Translations under genes and position numbers: made by a program
Source: Candidatus Eiseniibacteriota bacterium
Lineage (GTDB): Bacteria; Eisenbacteria; RBG-16-71-46
NCBI GenBank assembly: GCA_963707915.1
Contig: OY970178.1
Span: forward strand, 608,001-672,000
Direction: 5' to 3'
DNA length: 64,000 nucleotides
Notes under the pieces: model-generated
What the model saw: only the letters and a program-made list of their open reading frames with translations
Told to the model about the DNA's origin: nothing
Databases searched by the model: none
Shown here: piece by piece, positions 13,492 to 23,375 of the stretch
How positions within the stretch are numbered: the stretch's first letter is position 1
How the letters are laid out: every line of letters begins with the position of its first letter

Positions 13492-14547
13492 GTGACGATG
13501 GTCCTCAAGACACTGGCGGAGCTTGCCGCCGGGCTGGGCGGCACCGTGGTGGGGGACGGCTCGGTGGTGATCCGCGGCGTCGCGGGGATCCGCGAGGCCC
13601 TGCCGGGCGACCTGACCTTCCTGGCGAACGCGCGCTACGAGTCGCACCTGGCGGAGACGCGCGCCTCCGCGGTGATCTGCGACCGGCAGCCCCGTGCGTG
13701 TGCCATCCCGTTGCTGCAGGTGGAGAACCCGTACCTGGCCTTCCAGCAGGCGGTGCGCGTCTTCCGTCCCGACCTCTACCGTCCCGCCCCCGGCGTGCAC
13801 CCCACCGCGGTGATCGCTCCGGACGCGACGCTCGGCACGGACGTCTCGATCGGCCCGTACTGCGTGATCGAATCGGGCGCCCGGATCGGCGCGCGGGCGG
13901 TCGTGATGAGCGGCGGGTACATCGGGGGGCGGGTCGAGCTGGGCGACGAGTGCTTCCTCTACCCGCGGGTCGTGGTCCGGGAGGAGTGCGTGATCGGCGC
14001 GCGCTGCATCCTGCACGCCGGCGTGGTGATCGGCGCGGACGGCTTCGGCTTCGCCTTCGACGCGGGCCGGTACCACAAGATCCCGCAGGTCGGCAACGTC
14101 GTGATCGGCGACGACGTGGAGATCGGCGCGAACAGCTGCGTGGACCGCGCGACCACGGACAGCACGCGGATCGGGGACGGGACGAAGCTGGACAACCTGG
14201 TGCAGATCGGGCACAACGTGAACGTCGGCCGCCACTGCATCATCGTCGCGCAGGTGGGCGTCGCCGGGAGCACCGAGCTCGAGGACTACGTGACGCTGGG
14301 CGGGCAGGCCGGGATCGCCGGGCACCTGCGGATCGAGAAGGGGGCGGTCGTGGCGGCGCAGAGCGGCGTGAGCCGGAATGTGAAGTCGAAGGAGGTCGTC
14401 TCGGGCTACCCGGCCGTGGCGCACGGCGCGTGGAAGCGCGTGAGCGTGCTGCTGCGCAAGCTGCCGCAGCTCTTCCAGAAGACCCGCGAGCTGGAGCAGC
14501 GGGTCGAGGCGCTGGAGCAGCAGCCGGCCCGCGAGGAAGCGCGATGA
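13492..14547 (+). CDS. lpxD: UDP-3-O-acylglucosamine N-acyltransferase
   Basis: Hexapeptide repeats, IGADGFGF, KLDNLVQIGHNV. Confidence 0.97.
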   Translation: MTMVLKTLAELAAGLGGTVVGDGSVVIRGVAGIREALPGDLTFLANARYESHLAETRASAVICDRQPRACAIPLLQVENPYLAFQQAVRVFRPDLYRPAPGVHPTAVIAPDATLGTDVSIGPYCVIESGARIGARAVVMSGGYIGGRVELGDECFLYPRVVVREECVIGARCILHAGVVIGADGFGFAFDAGRYHKIPQVGNVVIGDDVEIGANSCVDRATTDSTRIGDGTKLDNLVQIGHNVNVGRHCIIVAQVGVAGSTELEDYVTLGGQAGIAGHLRIEKGAVVAAQSGVSRNVKSKEVVSGYPAVAHGAWKRVSVLLRKLPQLFQKTRELEQRVEALEQQPAREEAR

Positions 14548-15866
14548 GCCCGCGCATGCAGCAGACGCTCGCCCGGGCGGTCGGCCTGGAGGGGGTCGGC
14601 CTGCACACCGGTGCGCCCGGGCGCATCACCTTCCGCCCGGCGGCGGAGAACACGGGCGTGCGCTTCGTCCGCACCGACCTGCCCGGCTCGCCCGCGGTGG
14701 ACGTGCGCCCCGAGAACGCCACGTTCGACCCGCAGGCCGGGCGGCGGACCATCCTGCAGCAGGACGGCGTGCAGATCCACAGCATGGAGCACGTGCTCGC
14801 CGCGGTGTCCGGCCTCGGGCTCGACAACCTGGTGATCGAGACCGACCAGATGGAGATCCCGGAGCCGGCCGACGGCAGCGCCCTGCCCATCGCCCAGGCA
14901 CTGCTCTCCGCGGGCTTCGAGTCGCAGGCCCGGGCCAAGCGGCACATCAAGGTCGCCAAGCCGGTGCGCTGGAAGGAGGGCGACGTCGAGCTCGCCGCCG
15001 TGCCCTACAACGGCTGCCGCCTGAGCTTCACGATCGTCTACGACCACGCCCTGGTGGGCACGCAGAGCCTCACGCTGGACATCGATCCGGAGACGTTCCT
15101 GCGGGAGATCGCGCCGGCCCGCACCTTCGTGCTCGAGCGCGACCTCGAGTCGCTGCGCCGCGCCGGCTGGATCAAGGGCGGGCGGCTGGAGAGCGCGGTC
15201 GTCATCGGGGCCGACCGGATCCTGAATCCCGGCGCGCTGCGCTTCCCCGACGAGTTCGTGCGCCACAAGCTGCTCGACCTGCTCGGCGACCTGTTCCTGC
15301 TGGGCGCTCCCGTGCTGGGGCACGTCAGCGCCGTCCGCTCGGGGCACGAGGGGCACGTCGCGTTCGTGAAGCGCCTCAAGGAGACGCTGCCGCTGCCGGG
15401 ACGGCGTCCCGGCGGGCCCCCCGACGAGTGGGACATCACGTCGATCCTCGACCTGCTCCCGCACCGCTACCCGTTCCTGCTGGTGGACCGGATCACGTCG
15501 CTCGAGGAGGGGCACTTCATCGAGGGCGTGAAGAACGTCACCATCAACGAGCCGTTCTTCCAGGGGCACTTCCCCGGTCACCCCATCATGCCGGCGGTGC
15601 TCATCCTCGAGGCGATGGCCCAGGTGGGCGGCCTGTTGCTGCTGCATTCGGTCGGGGACCCGAACGACAAGCTCATGTACTTCATGAGCATCGACGGCGC
15701 GAAGTTCCGCCGCCCGGTCACGCCCGGCGACCAGCTGCACATGAAGCTCCGCATGATCAAGCTGAAGAACCGGGTCGCGAAGATGCGTGGCGAGGCCTAC
15801 GTCGAGGGGAAGCTGGTCGCCGAGGCCGAGTTCGTGGCGACGGTGGTGGACCGGAGGCCGTCGTGA
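14544..15866 (+). CDS. lpxC/fabZ: Bifunctional LpxC deacetylase / FabZ dehydratase
   Basis: GVGLHTG, EHVLAA, IAPARTF and RHKLLDLLGDL (LpxC) fused in frame to LPHRYPFLLVD and FFQGHFPG.PIMP (FabZ). Confidence 0.96.
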   Translation: MSPRMQQTLARAVGLEGVGLHTGAPGRITFRPAAENTGVRFVRTDLPGSPAVDVRPENATFDPQAGRRTILQQDGVQIHSMEHVLAAVSGLGLDNLVIETDQMEIPEPADGSALPIAQALLSAGFESQARAKRHIKVAKPVRWKEGDVELAAVPYNGCRLSFTIVYDHALVGTQSLTLDIDPETFLREIAPARTFVLERDLESLRRAGWIKGGRLESAVVIGADRILNPGALRFPDEFVRHKLLDLLGDLFLLGAPVLGHVSAVRSGHEGHVAFVKRLKETLPLPGRRPGGPPDEWDITSILDLLPHRYPFLLVDRITSLEEGHFIEGVKNVTINEPFFQGHFPGHPIMPAVLILEAMAQVGGLLLLHSVGDPNDKLMYFMSIDGAKFRRPVTPGDQLHMKLRMIKLKNRVAKMRGEAYVEGKLVAEAEFVATVVDRRPS

Positions 15867-16639
15867 GCGTCACCGTGCATCCGACCGCGATCGTCGAGGA
15901 CGGCGCGCAGCTGGGGACCGGCGTCACGATCGGTCCCGGCGCCATCATCGGGCCCCACGTCACGATCGGCGACCGCACGCGGGTGGACAGCCACGCGCTG
16001 GTCACCGGCTGGACCCGCGTGGGCAGCGATTCGCACGTGCATCACGGCGCCGTGCTGGGCACCGCGCCGCAGGACCTCAAGTACACCGGGGTGGAGTCGT
16101 ACCTCGAGGTCGGCGACCACGTCGAGGTGCGCGAGTTCGTGACCGCGAACCTCGCCTCGGACCCCGGGGCGACGACCCGGGTCGGCGGCCACTGCATGCT
16201 CATGGCCTGTGCCCACGTCGCGCACAACTGCGTCCTCGGCGACCACGTGATCGTGGCGAACGGGGTGCTCTTCGCCGGGTACGTGACGGTGGAGGACTGG
16301 GTGATCGTGGGGGGCGGCTCGCAGGTCCACCAGTTCACGCGCATCGGCCGCCACTCCATGATCGGCGGCGGCTCGCGCGTCACCCAGGACGTGGCCCCGT
16401 TCATCAAGCTGGGGGGCTCCCCGCCGCGACTGGGCGGACTGAATCGCATCGGGCTCGAGCGGCGCGGCTTCAGCCGCGCGACCTGCGACGCCCTCGGGGT
16501 GGCGTACCGCCTGCTGTTCCGGCGGGGGCTCCCGGTGGCGCTGGCGGTGGCCGAGATGCGCGCCGCGTTCCCCGGCGTGCCCGAGGTGGAGCACCTCGCG
16601 CGGTTCGCCGAGACCTCGGCACGCGGGTTGACGCGATGA
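15863..16639 (+). CDS. lpxA: Acyl-ACP--UDP-GlcNAc O-acyltransferase
   Basis: VHPTAIV, PQDLKY, AHVAHNC, VHQFTRIG, GLNRIGLERRGF. Confidence 0.96.
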   Translation: MSVTVHPTAIVEDGAQLGTGVTIGPGAIIGPHVTIGDRTRVDSHALVTGWTRVGSDSHVHHGAVLGTAPQDLKYTGVESYLEVGDHVEVREFVTANLASDPGATTRVGGHCMLMACAHVAHNCVLGDHVIVANGVLFAGYVTVEDWVIVGGGSQVHQFTRIGRHSMIGGGSRVTQDVAPFIKLGGSPPRLGGLNRIGLERRGFSRATCDALGVAYRLLFRRGLPVALAVAEMRAAFPGVPEVEHLARFAETSARGLTR

Positions 16640-17646
16640 GCGCCGGCGCGATCCGCACCGGGGTGTGGGGCGTCGGTGCGTGGGGCGAGAAGCACGCCCG
16701 CGTCTACCACGCGCTGCCCGGGTCCCGGCTGGCCGGCGTGTACGACCAGGACCCCGGGCGCGCGCGCGAAGTGGCGGAGCGCCACGGCTGCGTCGCCTTC
16801 GCCAGCCCGGATGAACTGCTCGGCGCGTGCGAGGCGGTGTCGATCGCCGTGCCGACGGTGGAGCACCGTGCGGCGGCGGAGCGGGCCGCGGCCGCGGGCC
16901 GGCACGCGCTGGTCGAGAAGCCGATGGCGGTGACGGTCGAGGAGGGACGTTCGATGATCGCGGCCGCGCGGCGCGCGGACGTCGTCCTGCAGGTGGGACA
17001 GGTCGAGCGGTTCAACCCCGCGCTGCTCGCGGCGCGCCCGCACGTGCGCCGGCCCAAGTTCATCGAGGCGCACCGGCTGGCGGTGTTCCAGCCGCGCTCG
17101 CTGGACGTGGACGTCGTGTTCGACCTGATGATCCACGACCTCGACGCGGTGCTCGACGTGGTGGGGGCCTCGCCCCGCTCGGTGTCGGCGGTGGGGGTGG
17201 CGGTGCTGTCGGGAAGCGAGGACATCGCGAACGCGCGGCTCGAGTTCGAGGACGGCTGCGTCGCCAACCTCACGGCGAGCCGGGTCTCGCAGGACCGGTT
17301 GCGGCGCATCCGCTTCTTCCAGGGCGACGCGTACGTCTCGGTGGACCTGTTCGGGAAGACCTGCGACCTGCTGCAGGTGGACTCCGCCCGGCTCCGCGCG
17401 GTGGTCGCGCAGGGCGGCCCGGTGGAGGCGGGGCTCGCGGCGATCGAGCGGCGTCGGCTCGACGTCGATGCGGGCGAGCCGCTCACGCTGGAATTGCAGG
17501 CGTTCCTCGGCTCGTTGCGTGGCGAGGGGGCCGGGGCGGCGTCGGCGGAGGCCGGGTGTGCGGCGCTCGCGGTCGCGGCCGAGGTGCGCTCGGCCATGAA
17601 GTTGCGGGCGAGGCAGTGGGCGGACCGGGCGAACGCCGGTTCCTGA
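16636..17646 (+). CDS. Gfo/Idh/MocA oxidoreductase, GnnA-like (UDP-GlcNAc 3-dehydrogenase candidate)
   Basis: GVGAWG Rossmann loop, VEKPM, ERFNPA, DVVFDLMIHDLD, NLTASRVS; position between lpxA and lpxB. Confidence 0.85.
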   Translation: MSAGAIRTGVWGVGAWGEKHARVYHALPGSRLAGVYDQDPGRAREVAERHGCVAFASPDELLGACEAVSIAVPTVEHRAAAERAAAAGRHALVEKPMAVTVEEGRSMIAAARRADVVLQVGQVERFNPALLAARPHVRRPKFIEAHRLAVFQPRSLDVDVVFDLMIHDLDAVLDVVGASPRSVSAVGVAVLSGSEDIANARLEFEDGCVANLTASRVSQDRLRRIRFFQGDAYVSVDLFGKTCDLLQVDSARLRAVVAQGGPVEAGLAAIERRRLDVDAGEPLTLELQAFLGSLRGEGAGAASAEAGCAALAVAAEVRSAMKLRARQWADRANAGS

Positions 17647-18752
17647 TCGCCGCCGGGGAGGCCTCCGGGGACGCGCACGCCGCGAAGCTCCTCACGGCCC
17701 TGCGGGACCTCGGGCCGTGTCGCGTCCGGGGCGTGGCGGGCCCCGCCCTCCTGGCCGCGGGCGCCGAACGCGTCGTCGCGATGGAGGACCTCGCGGTGCT
17801 CGGGTTCTCCGGCGTGGTCGCGCGCCTGCCGCGCATCTGGACCGCCTACCGTCGCCTGCTCGCCGAGGCGCGGGAGTTCCGCCCGGACGCGGCCGTGCTG
17901 GTCGACTCACCCGGGTTCAACTTCCGGGTCGGGCCCGCGCTGAAGCGGCTGGGCGTCCCGGTCTTCTACTACATCGCGCCCCAGGTCTGGGCCTGGCACC
18001 CGGAGCGCGCCGCGCAGATGGCGCGCTGGGTGGAGCGGCTCGCGGTGATCTTCCCGTTCGAGGAGGGCTTGTTCCGCGACGCGGGGGTGAAGGCGCGCTT
18101 CGTGGGGCACCCGCTGGTCGACGGCCTCGAGCCCGAGATCGGCGCGGACGCGTTCCGGGCGGAGATCGGGGCCGCAGCGGACGCGCCGATCCTGGGGCTG
18201 CTGCCGGGGAGCCGGCCGCAGGAATTGCGCGCGCACGCGCCGGTCATGGCCGCCGCCGCCCGGCGCCTGCGCGCCGGCCGCCCCGGCCTCGCGGTCGTGC
18301 TGGCGCTGGCGCCGGGGCTCGAGCGCGAGGTCGCGCGGCTGCGCCCCGCGCTCGAAGGCGTCCGCGTCGTGAGGGGGCGCGCCCGGACGGTCCAGGCGCA
18401 CGCCGCCTGCTGTGCCGTCGCGTCGGGGACGGCGACCCTCGAGACCGCGCTGTTCGGCACGCCCGAGGCGATCGTCTATCGAACCGGGTGGCTCAACTAC
18501 CAGATCGCCCGGCGGCTGGTCACGCTGTCACGCATCGGGCTGCCGAACATCGTGGCCGGCGGCGAGGTCGCGCCGGAATTGCTGCAGGGCGACCTCAGCG
18601 CGGAGCGGCTCGCCGCGACGCTCGCGCCGTGGCTGGACGACCCGGCGGCGCGCGACCTCCAGCGGGCCCGCCTCGGCGCGGTGCGCGCCCGCCTCGGCGG
18701 CCCCGGCGCGGCGCTCCGCGCGGCGGAGTGGCTGTGGGAGATGGTCGCGTGA
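17616..18752 (+). CDS. lpxB: Lipid-A-disaccharide synthase
   Basis: AGEASGD, VDSPGFN, PQVWAW, FVGHPL, LLPGSR, SGTATLE. Confidence 0.96.
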   Translation: MGGPGERRFLIAAGEASGDAHAAKLLTALRDLGPCRVRGVAGPALLAAGAERVVAMEDLAVLGFSGVVARLPRIWTAYRRLLAEAREFRPDAAVLVDSPGFNFRVGPALKRLGVPVFYYIAPQVWAWHPERAAQMARWVERLAVIFPFEEGLFRDAGVKARFVGHPLVDGLEPEIGADAFRAEIGAAADAPILGLLPGSRPQELRAHAPVMAAAARRLRAGRPGLAVVLALAPGLEREVARLRPALEGVRVVRGRARTVQAHAACCAVASGTATLETALFGTPEAIVYRTGWLNYQIARRLVTLSRIGLPNIVAGGEVAPELLQGDLSAERLAATLAPWLDDPAARDLQRARLGAVRARLGGPGAALRAAEWLWEMVA

Positions 18753-19417
18753 GCCGGCGCCGGGCGCGCCCCTGGTGGTTCCCGCTCGCGATCGCGGCGG
18801 GGGCGGCCGCGCTGCGCGCGCTGGGCGGGACGTGGCGGCTGCGGCGCATCGACACGGAGGAGTTCGACCGGAGGCTCGCGGCGGGCGAGCGCTGCATCTA
18901 CGCGCTCTGGCACTGCCGCATGCTGCCGCTGATCTACGCCTATCGGGGTCGCGGCGTGGCGGCGCTCGTCAGCCACAGCCGCGACGGAGAGCTCATCACC
19001 GGGGTGATCGAGCGCATCGGCTACGTCGCCGCCCGCGGTTCGAGCAGCCGGGGCGGGCAGGAGGGCTTCAACGAGTTGGTGCGCTTCGCCGAGGAGGGCC
19101 GCTCGCTCACGCTGACCCCCGATGGACCCCGCGGCCCGGGCGAGGTCGTGAAGCCGGGCGTGGTGCGACTGGCGAGCCGCACCGGGCTGCCGGTCCTCCC
19201 GGTGGCGAGCGCGTCGCGCGGCGCCTGGGTCCTGCGCTCGTGGGACGGCTTCCGCGTCCCGCGGCCCTTCGCACGGGTGTGGATCTCCTACGGCGAGCCG
19301 GTGCGGGTGCCGGCAGGACTGGACGACGCGGGGGTGGAGAGCTGGCGGCGGCGGCTGGAGGAGGCACTGAAGGCGAACACCGCGCGCCTGGCCCGCGAGG
19401 CCGGGGAGGACGCGTGA
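18749..19417 (+). CDS. DUF374 lysophospholipid acyltransferase family protein (LpxJ-like)
   Basis: LWH, SHSRDGELI, RGSSSRGG, TPDGPRGP, SWDGF.VP.PF motifs of DUF374. Confidence 0.88.
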   Translation: MSRRRARPWWFPLAIAAGAAALRALGGTWRLRRIDTEEFDRRLAAGERCIYALWHCRMLPLIYAYRGRGVAALVSHSRDGELITGVIERIGYVAARGSSSRGGQEGFNELVRFAEEGRSLTLTPDGPRGPGEVVKPGVVRLASRTGLPVLPVASASRGAWVLRSWDGFRVPRPFARVWISYGEPVRVPAGLDDAGVESWRRRLEEALKANTARLAREAGEDA

Positions 19418-20667
19418 GCCTGGCGTGGAGCGCCTACCGGCTGCTCGCGCCCTGCCTCGGGGCGGTCCTGCCGATGGCCCGGGCCATCGTCCCTCCGCCG
19501 GAGCGGGCGCACTGGGACGAGCGGCTGGGGCGCGTGAGCCTGCCTGGAGGAGTGGACGCCTGGGTGCACGCCGCCTCGATGGGGGAAGCGACGGCGGTGG
19601 GGCCCTTCGTCTCCGCCCTGCAGGCGCTGGCGCCGAAGTCGCGCTTCCTGCTCACGGCGACGACCCGCGCCGGGTGCGAACGGCTCGGCGTCCTCGGGCA
19701 GCCCGCGGCGGTCGCGCCGCTGGACTCGCCGCAGGCCGCGGCACGTTTCTTCGGCGGCGCCGCCCCGCGGCGATGCTTCCTGCTCGAGACCGAGCTCTGG
19801 CCGCACTGGCTGCTGCAGGCGCGGGCCTCGCGGGTGCCGATCGGGGTCGTGAGTGCGCGGTTGTCGGGTAGGTCGGTGGCCCGGTACCGGCGCCTGGGAG
19901 CCGAGTTCCGCGGGCTGGTCGCGGGGCTCGACGCCGTGCTGTGCCAGACCGCGACCGACCTGGAGCGCTGGCGGTCGCTGGGCGCACGCGCCGAGGTCTG
20001 CGCGGTCACGGGCAACCTGAAGGACGACGGCCTGCCGGTCGCCGCGACGGACCGGGCCGCGGCCCGCGCGGCGCTCGGCCTGCACCCGGAGCGCCCGCTC
20101 CTCGTCCTGGGCAGCCTGCGCCCGGGCGAGGCGCGGGTGCTCGCCCGCGCGTGGCGCGCGGTGCCGGCGGCGTTGCGTGAGGCCTGGCAGGTCGTGGCGG
20201 TGCCACGACACCCGATCGCCTCGGCCGGGCTGCGGGCCGAGGCGACCGGGGCGGGCCAGGCGGTGTCGGCAGACGTCGGCGGCGAGGCGGGAGCGTGGCG
20301 CTGGGACGACCGGCTGGGAGTGCTGCTGGGCTACTACGCGGCGGCCGACGTCGCTTTCGTGGGCGGCAGCCTGTCCCCGCACGGCGGGCACAGTCCGCTC
20401 GAGCCGGCGGCCTGCGGCGCAGCGCTGCTCATGGGGCCGCATCACGCCAGCCAGCAGGACGCGGTGCGCGAGCTGGAGTCCGCCGGGGCGCTGGTCGTCA
20501 CCGCGTCCGGGGTGGAGGTCGCGGCCGCCCTGGAGCGCCTGCTGGGGGACGCGGGCGCCCGCGGGGCGGCCGGAACCGCGGCCCGCCGAGTCGCGGAGCA
20601 GCGCCGCGGGGCGGCGCGGCGAACGGTCGCGCGGCTGGTGGAGCTGGGCCTGTGGGCGGCGTCGTGA
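19414..20667 (+). CDS. waaA: Kdo transferase
   Basis: WVHAASMGE, ETELWP, TGNLK, VPRHP, FVGGSL..GGHSPLEPA. Confidence 0.94.
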   Translation: MSLAWSAYRLLAPCLGAVLPMARAIVPPPERAHWDERLGRVSLPGGVDAWVHAASMGEATAVGPFVSALQALAPKSRFLLTATTRAGCERLGVLGQPAAVAPLDSPQAAARFFGGAAPRRCFLLETELWPHWLLQARASRVPIGVVSARLSGRSVARYRRLGAEFRGLVAGLDAVLCQTATDLERWRSLGARAEVCAVTGNLKDDGLPVAATDRAAARAALGLHPERPLLVLGSLRPGEARVLARAWRAVPAALREAWQVVAVPRHPIASAGLRAEATGAGQAVSADVGGEAGAWRWDDRLGVLLGYYAAADVAFVGGSLSPHGGHSPLEPAACGAALLMGPHHASQQDAVRELESAGALVVTASGVEVAAALERLLGDAGARGAAGTAARRVAEQRRGAARRTVARLVELGLWAAS

Positions 20668-21626
20668 CCGGGGCGCTGGGCTCGCTGGCGGCCGGGCTGT
20701 ACGGGGCGGCCTGGGAGCTGCGGCGCAGGGTGTACGCGGGCGGGCTGCGACGGCCCCGCCGGGTGGGGGCGCGCGTGGTGAGCGTGGGGAACCTCACGGT
20801 GGGCGGCACCGGCAAGACCACTCTCACGCTCCGGCTGGCGCGGCGCGCGCGCGAGCGCGGGCTCGCCCCGGCGGTGGTGTGCCGACGGTACCACCCGGGA
20901 CCCGGGGGCCGCGGCGACGAGGAGTTGATGTACCGCGCCACGCTGGGACCGGACTGCGTCTTCGCCGGCGCGAGCAAGCTCGGGTCGGCGCGGGCGGCGG
21001 CGGGTGCGGGGTTCGATCCGGTCTTCGTGGACGACGGCCTGTCGCACTGGCCGCTGGCGCGGGACGCGGACATCGTGCTGCTGGACGCGCGCGACCTGAC
21101 CGGGGGCGGGCGGCTGCTCCCCGCGGGACGGCTGCGCGAGCCACTGCGCGCCCTGCAGCGCGCGCGTGCCGTGGTGGTGTCGCGGCTCGCCGCGGGCGAG
21201 GACCCGGCGCCCTGGCTGGAGCGCGCGCGGGCACTGGCGCCCGGGGCGATGGTGGCGGCGGCCCGGCACCGTCCGATCGGGGTGCGTGCGCTGGGCGGGG
21301 GAGCGCTGCCGCCGGGTGTCCGGGTGCGGGTGGTTTCGGCGACCGGGAACCCCGCGGCGGTCGAGGTGAGCGCGCGGGAGGCCGGTCTCGAGGTCGTGTC
21401 GGCCTCGCCCTGGCGGGACCACCACTGGTTCACGCTGCGCGAGGCGCGGGCGGAACGGGCCCGGGCCGCCGACCAGGGAGCCTGGGTGCTGCTCACGGCC
21501 AAGGACGCGGTACGATGGCCGGAGCCGGCGGGCGCCGGGCAGGTGGCGGTCCTGGAAGTGGAGTGGGAGTGGATCGCGGGTGGCGACGCGGTCGAAGACC
21601 TGGCGATCGAGGGGAAGGGGGAGTAG
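20664..21626 (+). CDS. lpxK: Tetraacyldisaccharide 4'-kinase
   Basis: SVGNLTVGGTGKT, GDE, DDGLSH, LLPAGRLRE, DHH, TAKDAVR. Confidence 0.93.
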   Translation: MTGALGSLAAGLYGAAWELRRRVYAGGLRRPRRVGARVVSVGNLTVGGTGKTTLTLRLARRARERGLAPAVVCRRYHPGPGGRGDEELMYRATLGPDCVFAGASKLGSARAAAGAGFDPVFVDDGLSHWPLARDADIVLLDARDLTGGGRLLPAGRLREPLRALQRARAVVVSRLAAGEDPAPWLERARALAPGAMVAAARHRPIGVRALGGGALPPGVRVRVVSATGNPAAVEVSAREAGLEVVSASPWRDHHWFTLREARAERARAADQGAWVLLTAKDAVRWPEPAGAGQVAVLEVEWEWIAGGDAVEDLAIEGKGE

Positions 21627-23296
21627 TGGAAACGGACGTGCTGGTGCTCGGCAGCGGGATCGCGGGGCTCATGCTGGCGCTCGGGTGTGCGGAACGCGGA
21701 GCGGACGTGCGGGTGCTGACCAAGCGCGGCGCCGCCGACTCGAACACCAACTGGGCGCAGGGCGGGATCGCCGCGGTCTTCGACCCCGCGGACAGCTTCG
21801 CGCGCCACCGGCGCGACACGCTCCGCTGCGGCGCCGGGTTGTCGGACCCGGAGGTGGTCGCGCAGGTCATCGCCGAGGCCCCCGAGCGGGTGCGGGAGCT
21901 GGAGGCCCTCGGGGTCGAGTTCACCCGCACGACGCGCGGCTTCGCGCTCGGGCGCGAAGGCGGGCACTCGGGGCGCCGCATCGTCCACGCGAAGGACTTC
22001 ACCGGGCGGGCCATCGAGGAGGCGCTGCTGCGCCGCGTGCGCGCCCACCCGCGGATCCACCTGGACGAGGACCAGCTGGCGCTGGACCTGATCCTGGAAT
22101 CGCGCATGGGGGCCCCGCGCGGCTCGCGGAAGGCCGCCGGGCGCGCGGAGCGCTGCTGGGGCGCGTACGTGATGGAATGCCGCCCGGGGGCACCGGGCGC
22201 CGGGCGCATCCACCCGGTGACCGCGAAGGCCACCGTGCTGGCGACCGGCGGCTGCGGGAAGATCTACCTCTACACCACGAATCCCGACGTGGCCACGGGC
22301 GACGGCATCGCCATGGCCTACCGGGCCGGAGCCGCGGTCGAGAGCCTCGAGTTCGTGCAGTTCCACCCCACCTGTCTCTACCACCCCGAGGCCAAGTCGC
22401 TGCTGCTGACCGAGGCGCTGCGCGGCGAGGGGGCGGTGCTGCGCACGCTCGACGGCGAGCGCTTCATGCCGCGCGTGCACCCGATGGCGGAACTGGCCCC
22501 GCGCGACGTGGTGGCGCTGGCCATCGACCGCGAGCTGAAGCGGCGCGGCGACACTCACGTCACGCTCGACATCAGCCACCTCCCGCCCGCCCGCGTGCGG
22601 GCGCGGTTCCCGAACGTGTACGCGTCGCTGCAGCGCTTCGGCCTCGACCTGACGCGCGAGCCCATCCCGGTCGTGCCCGCGGCGCACTACATGTGCGGCG
22701 GCGTGAAGGCGACGCTCGCGGGGCGCACCTCGCTGCGCGGGTTGCTGGCGCTGGGCGAGACGGCGTCCACGCGGTTGCACGGCGCGAACCGCCTGGCGAG
22801 CAACTCGCTGCTGGAGGCGCTGGTGGGGGCGCACCACGGCGCCGGCGAGGCGTGGCGGCTGGTGCGCGGCGCGCAACGGCCCCCGCGGGCCGAGCCCTGG
22901 CGCGCCCGGGGCACGCGCCCGCCGCTCGAGACCGTGGTGTTCGACCACCACTGGGACGCGGTGCGGCGCCTGATGTGGGACCTGGTGGGCATCGTGCGCA
23001 GCGACCAGCGCCTGCTGTACGCCGAGCGCCTGCTCGCCCTGCTGCGCGAGGAGATCGAGCTCGACTACGTGCGGCTCCGCCTGTCGCGCGACCTGGTCGA
23101 GCTGCGCAACATCGCGCTGGTCGGCAGCCTGGTCGTGGAGTGCGCGCGGCGGCGGGGCGAGAGCCGGGGGCTGCACTTCAATCTCGACCATCCGCGCCGG
23201 GACCGGCGTTACGATGGGCGCGTCACCGTGCTGCGCCGCTCGCGCCCGGGCGCCCGGGCGCGGCGCCTTGCCGCCCCGGCGGGGCGCGGCCTATAG
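21626..23296 (+). CDS. nadB: L-aspartate oxidase
   Basis: GSGIAGL, WAQGGIAA, REGGHS.RRI.H, QFHPT, HGANRLASNSLLE, ESRGLH. Confidence 0.96.
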   Translation: METDVLVLGSGIAGLMLALGCAERGADVRVLTKRGAADSNTNWAQGGIAAVFDPADSFARHRRDTLRCGAGLSDPEVVAQVIAEAPERVRELEALGVEFTRTTRGFALGREGGHSGRRIVHAKDFTGRAIEEALLRRVRAHPRIHLDEDQLALDLILESRMGAPRGSRKAAGRAERCWGAYVMECRPGAPGAGRIHPVTAKATVLATGGCGKIYLYTTNPDVATGDGIAMAYRAGAAVESLEFVQFHPTCLYHPEAKSLLLTEALRGEGAVLRTLDGERFMPRVHPMAELAPRDVVALAIDRELKRRGDTHVTLDISHLPPARVRARFPNVYASLQRFGLDLTREPIPVVPAAHYMCGGVKATLAGRTSLRGLLALGETASTRLHGANRLASNSLLEALVGAHHGAGEAWRLVRGAQRPPRAEPWRARGTRPPLETVVFDHHWDAVRRLMWDLVGIVRSDQRLLYAERLLALLREEIELDYVRLRLSRDLVELRNIALVGSLVVECARRRGESRGLHFNLDHPRRDRRYDGRVTVLRRSRPGARARRLAAPAGRGL

Positions 23297-23297
23297 T
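23268..23297 (+). promoter_or_regulatory. Sigma70-type internal promoter overlapping the nadB 3' end
   Basis: TTGCCG (23268-23273) - 18 nt - TATAGT (23292-23297). Confidence 0.5.
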
Positions 23298-23375
23298 CGC
23301 GCGCAAAGCGACGGGGCACGCGCGGACGGTCCGCTGCCGCAGGCGGCCCGTGGAGACGGCCGGGAGGGACGGGGA

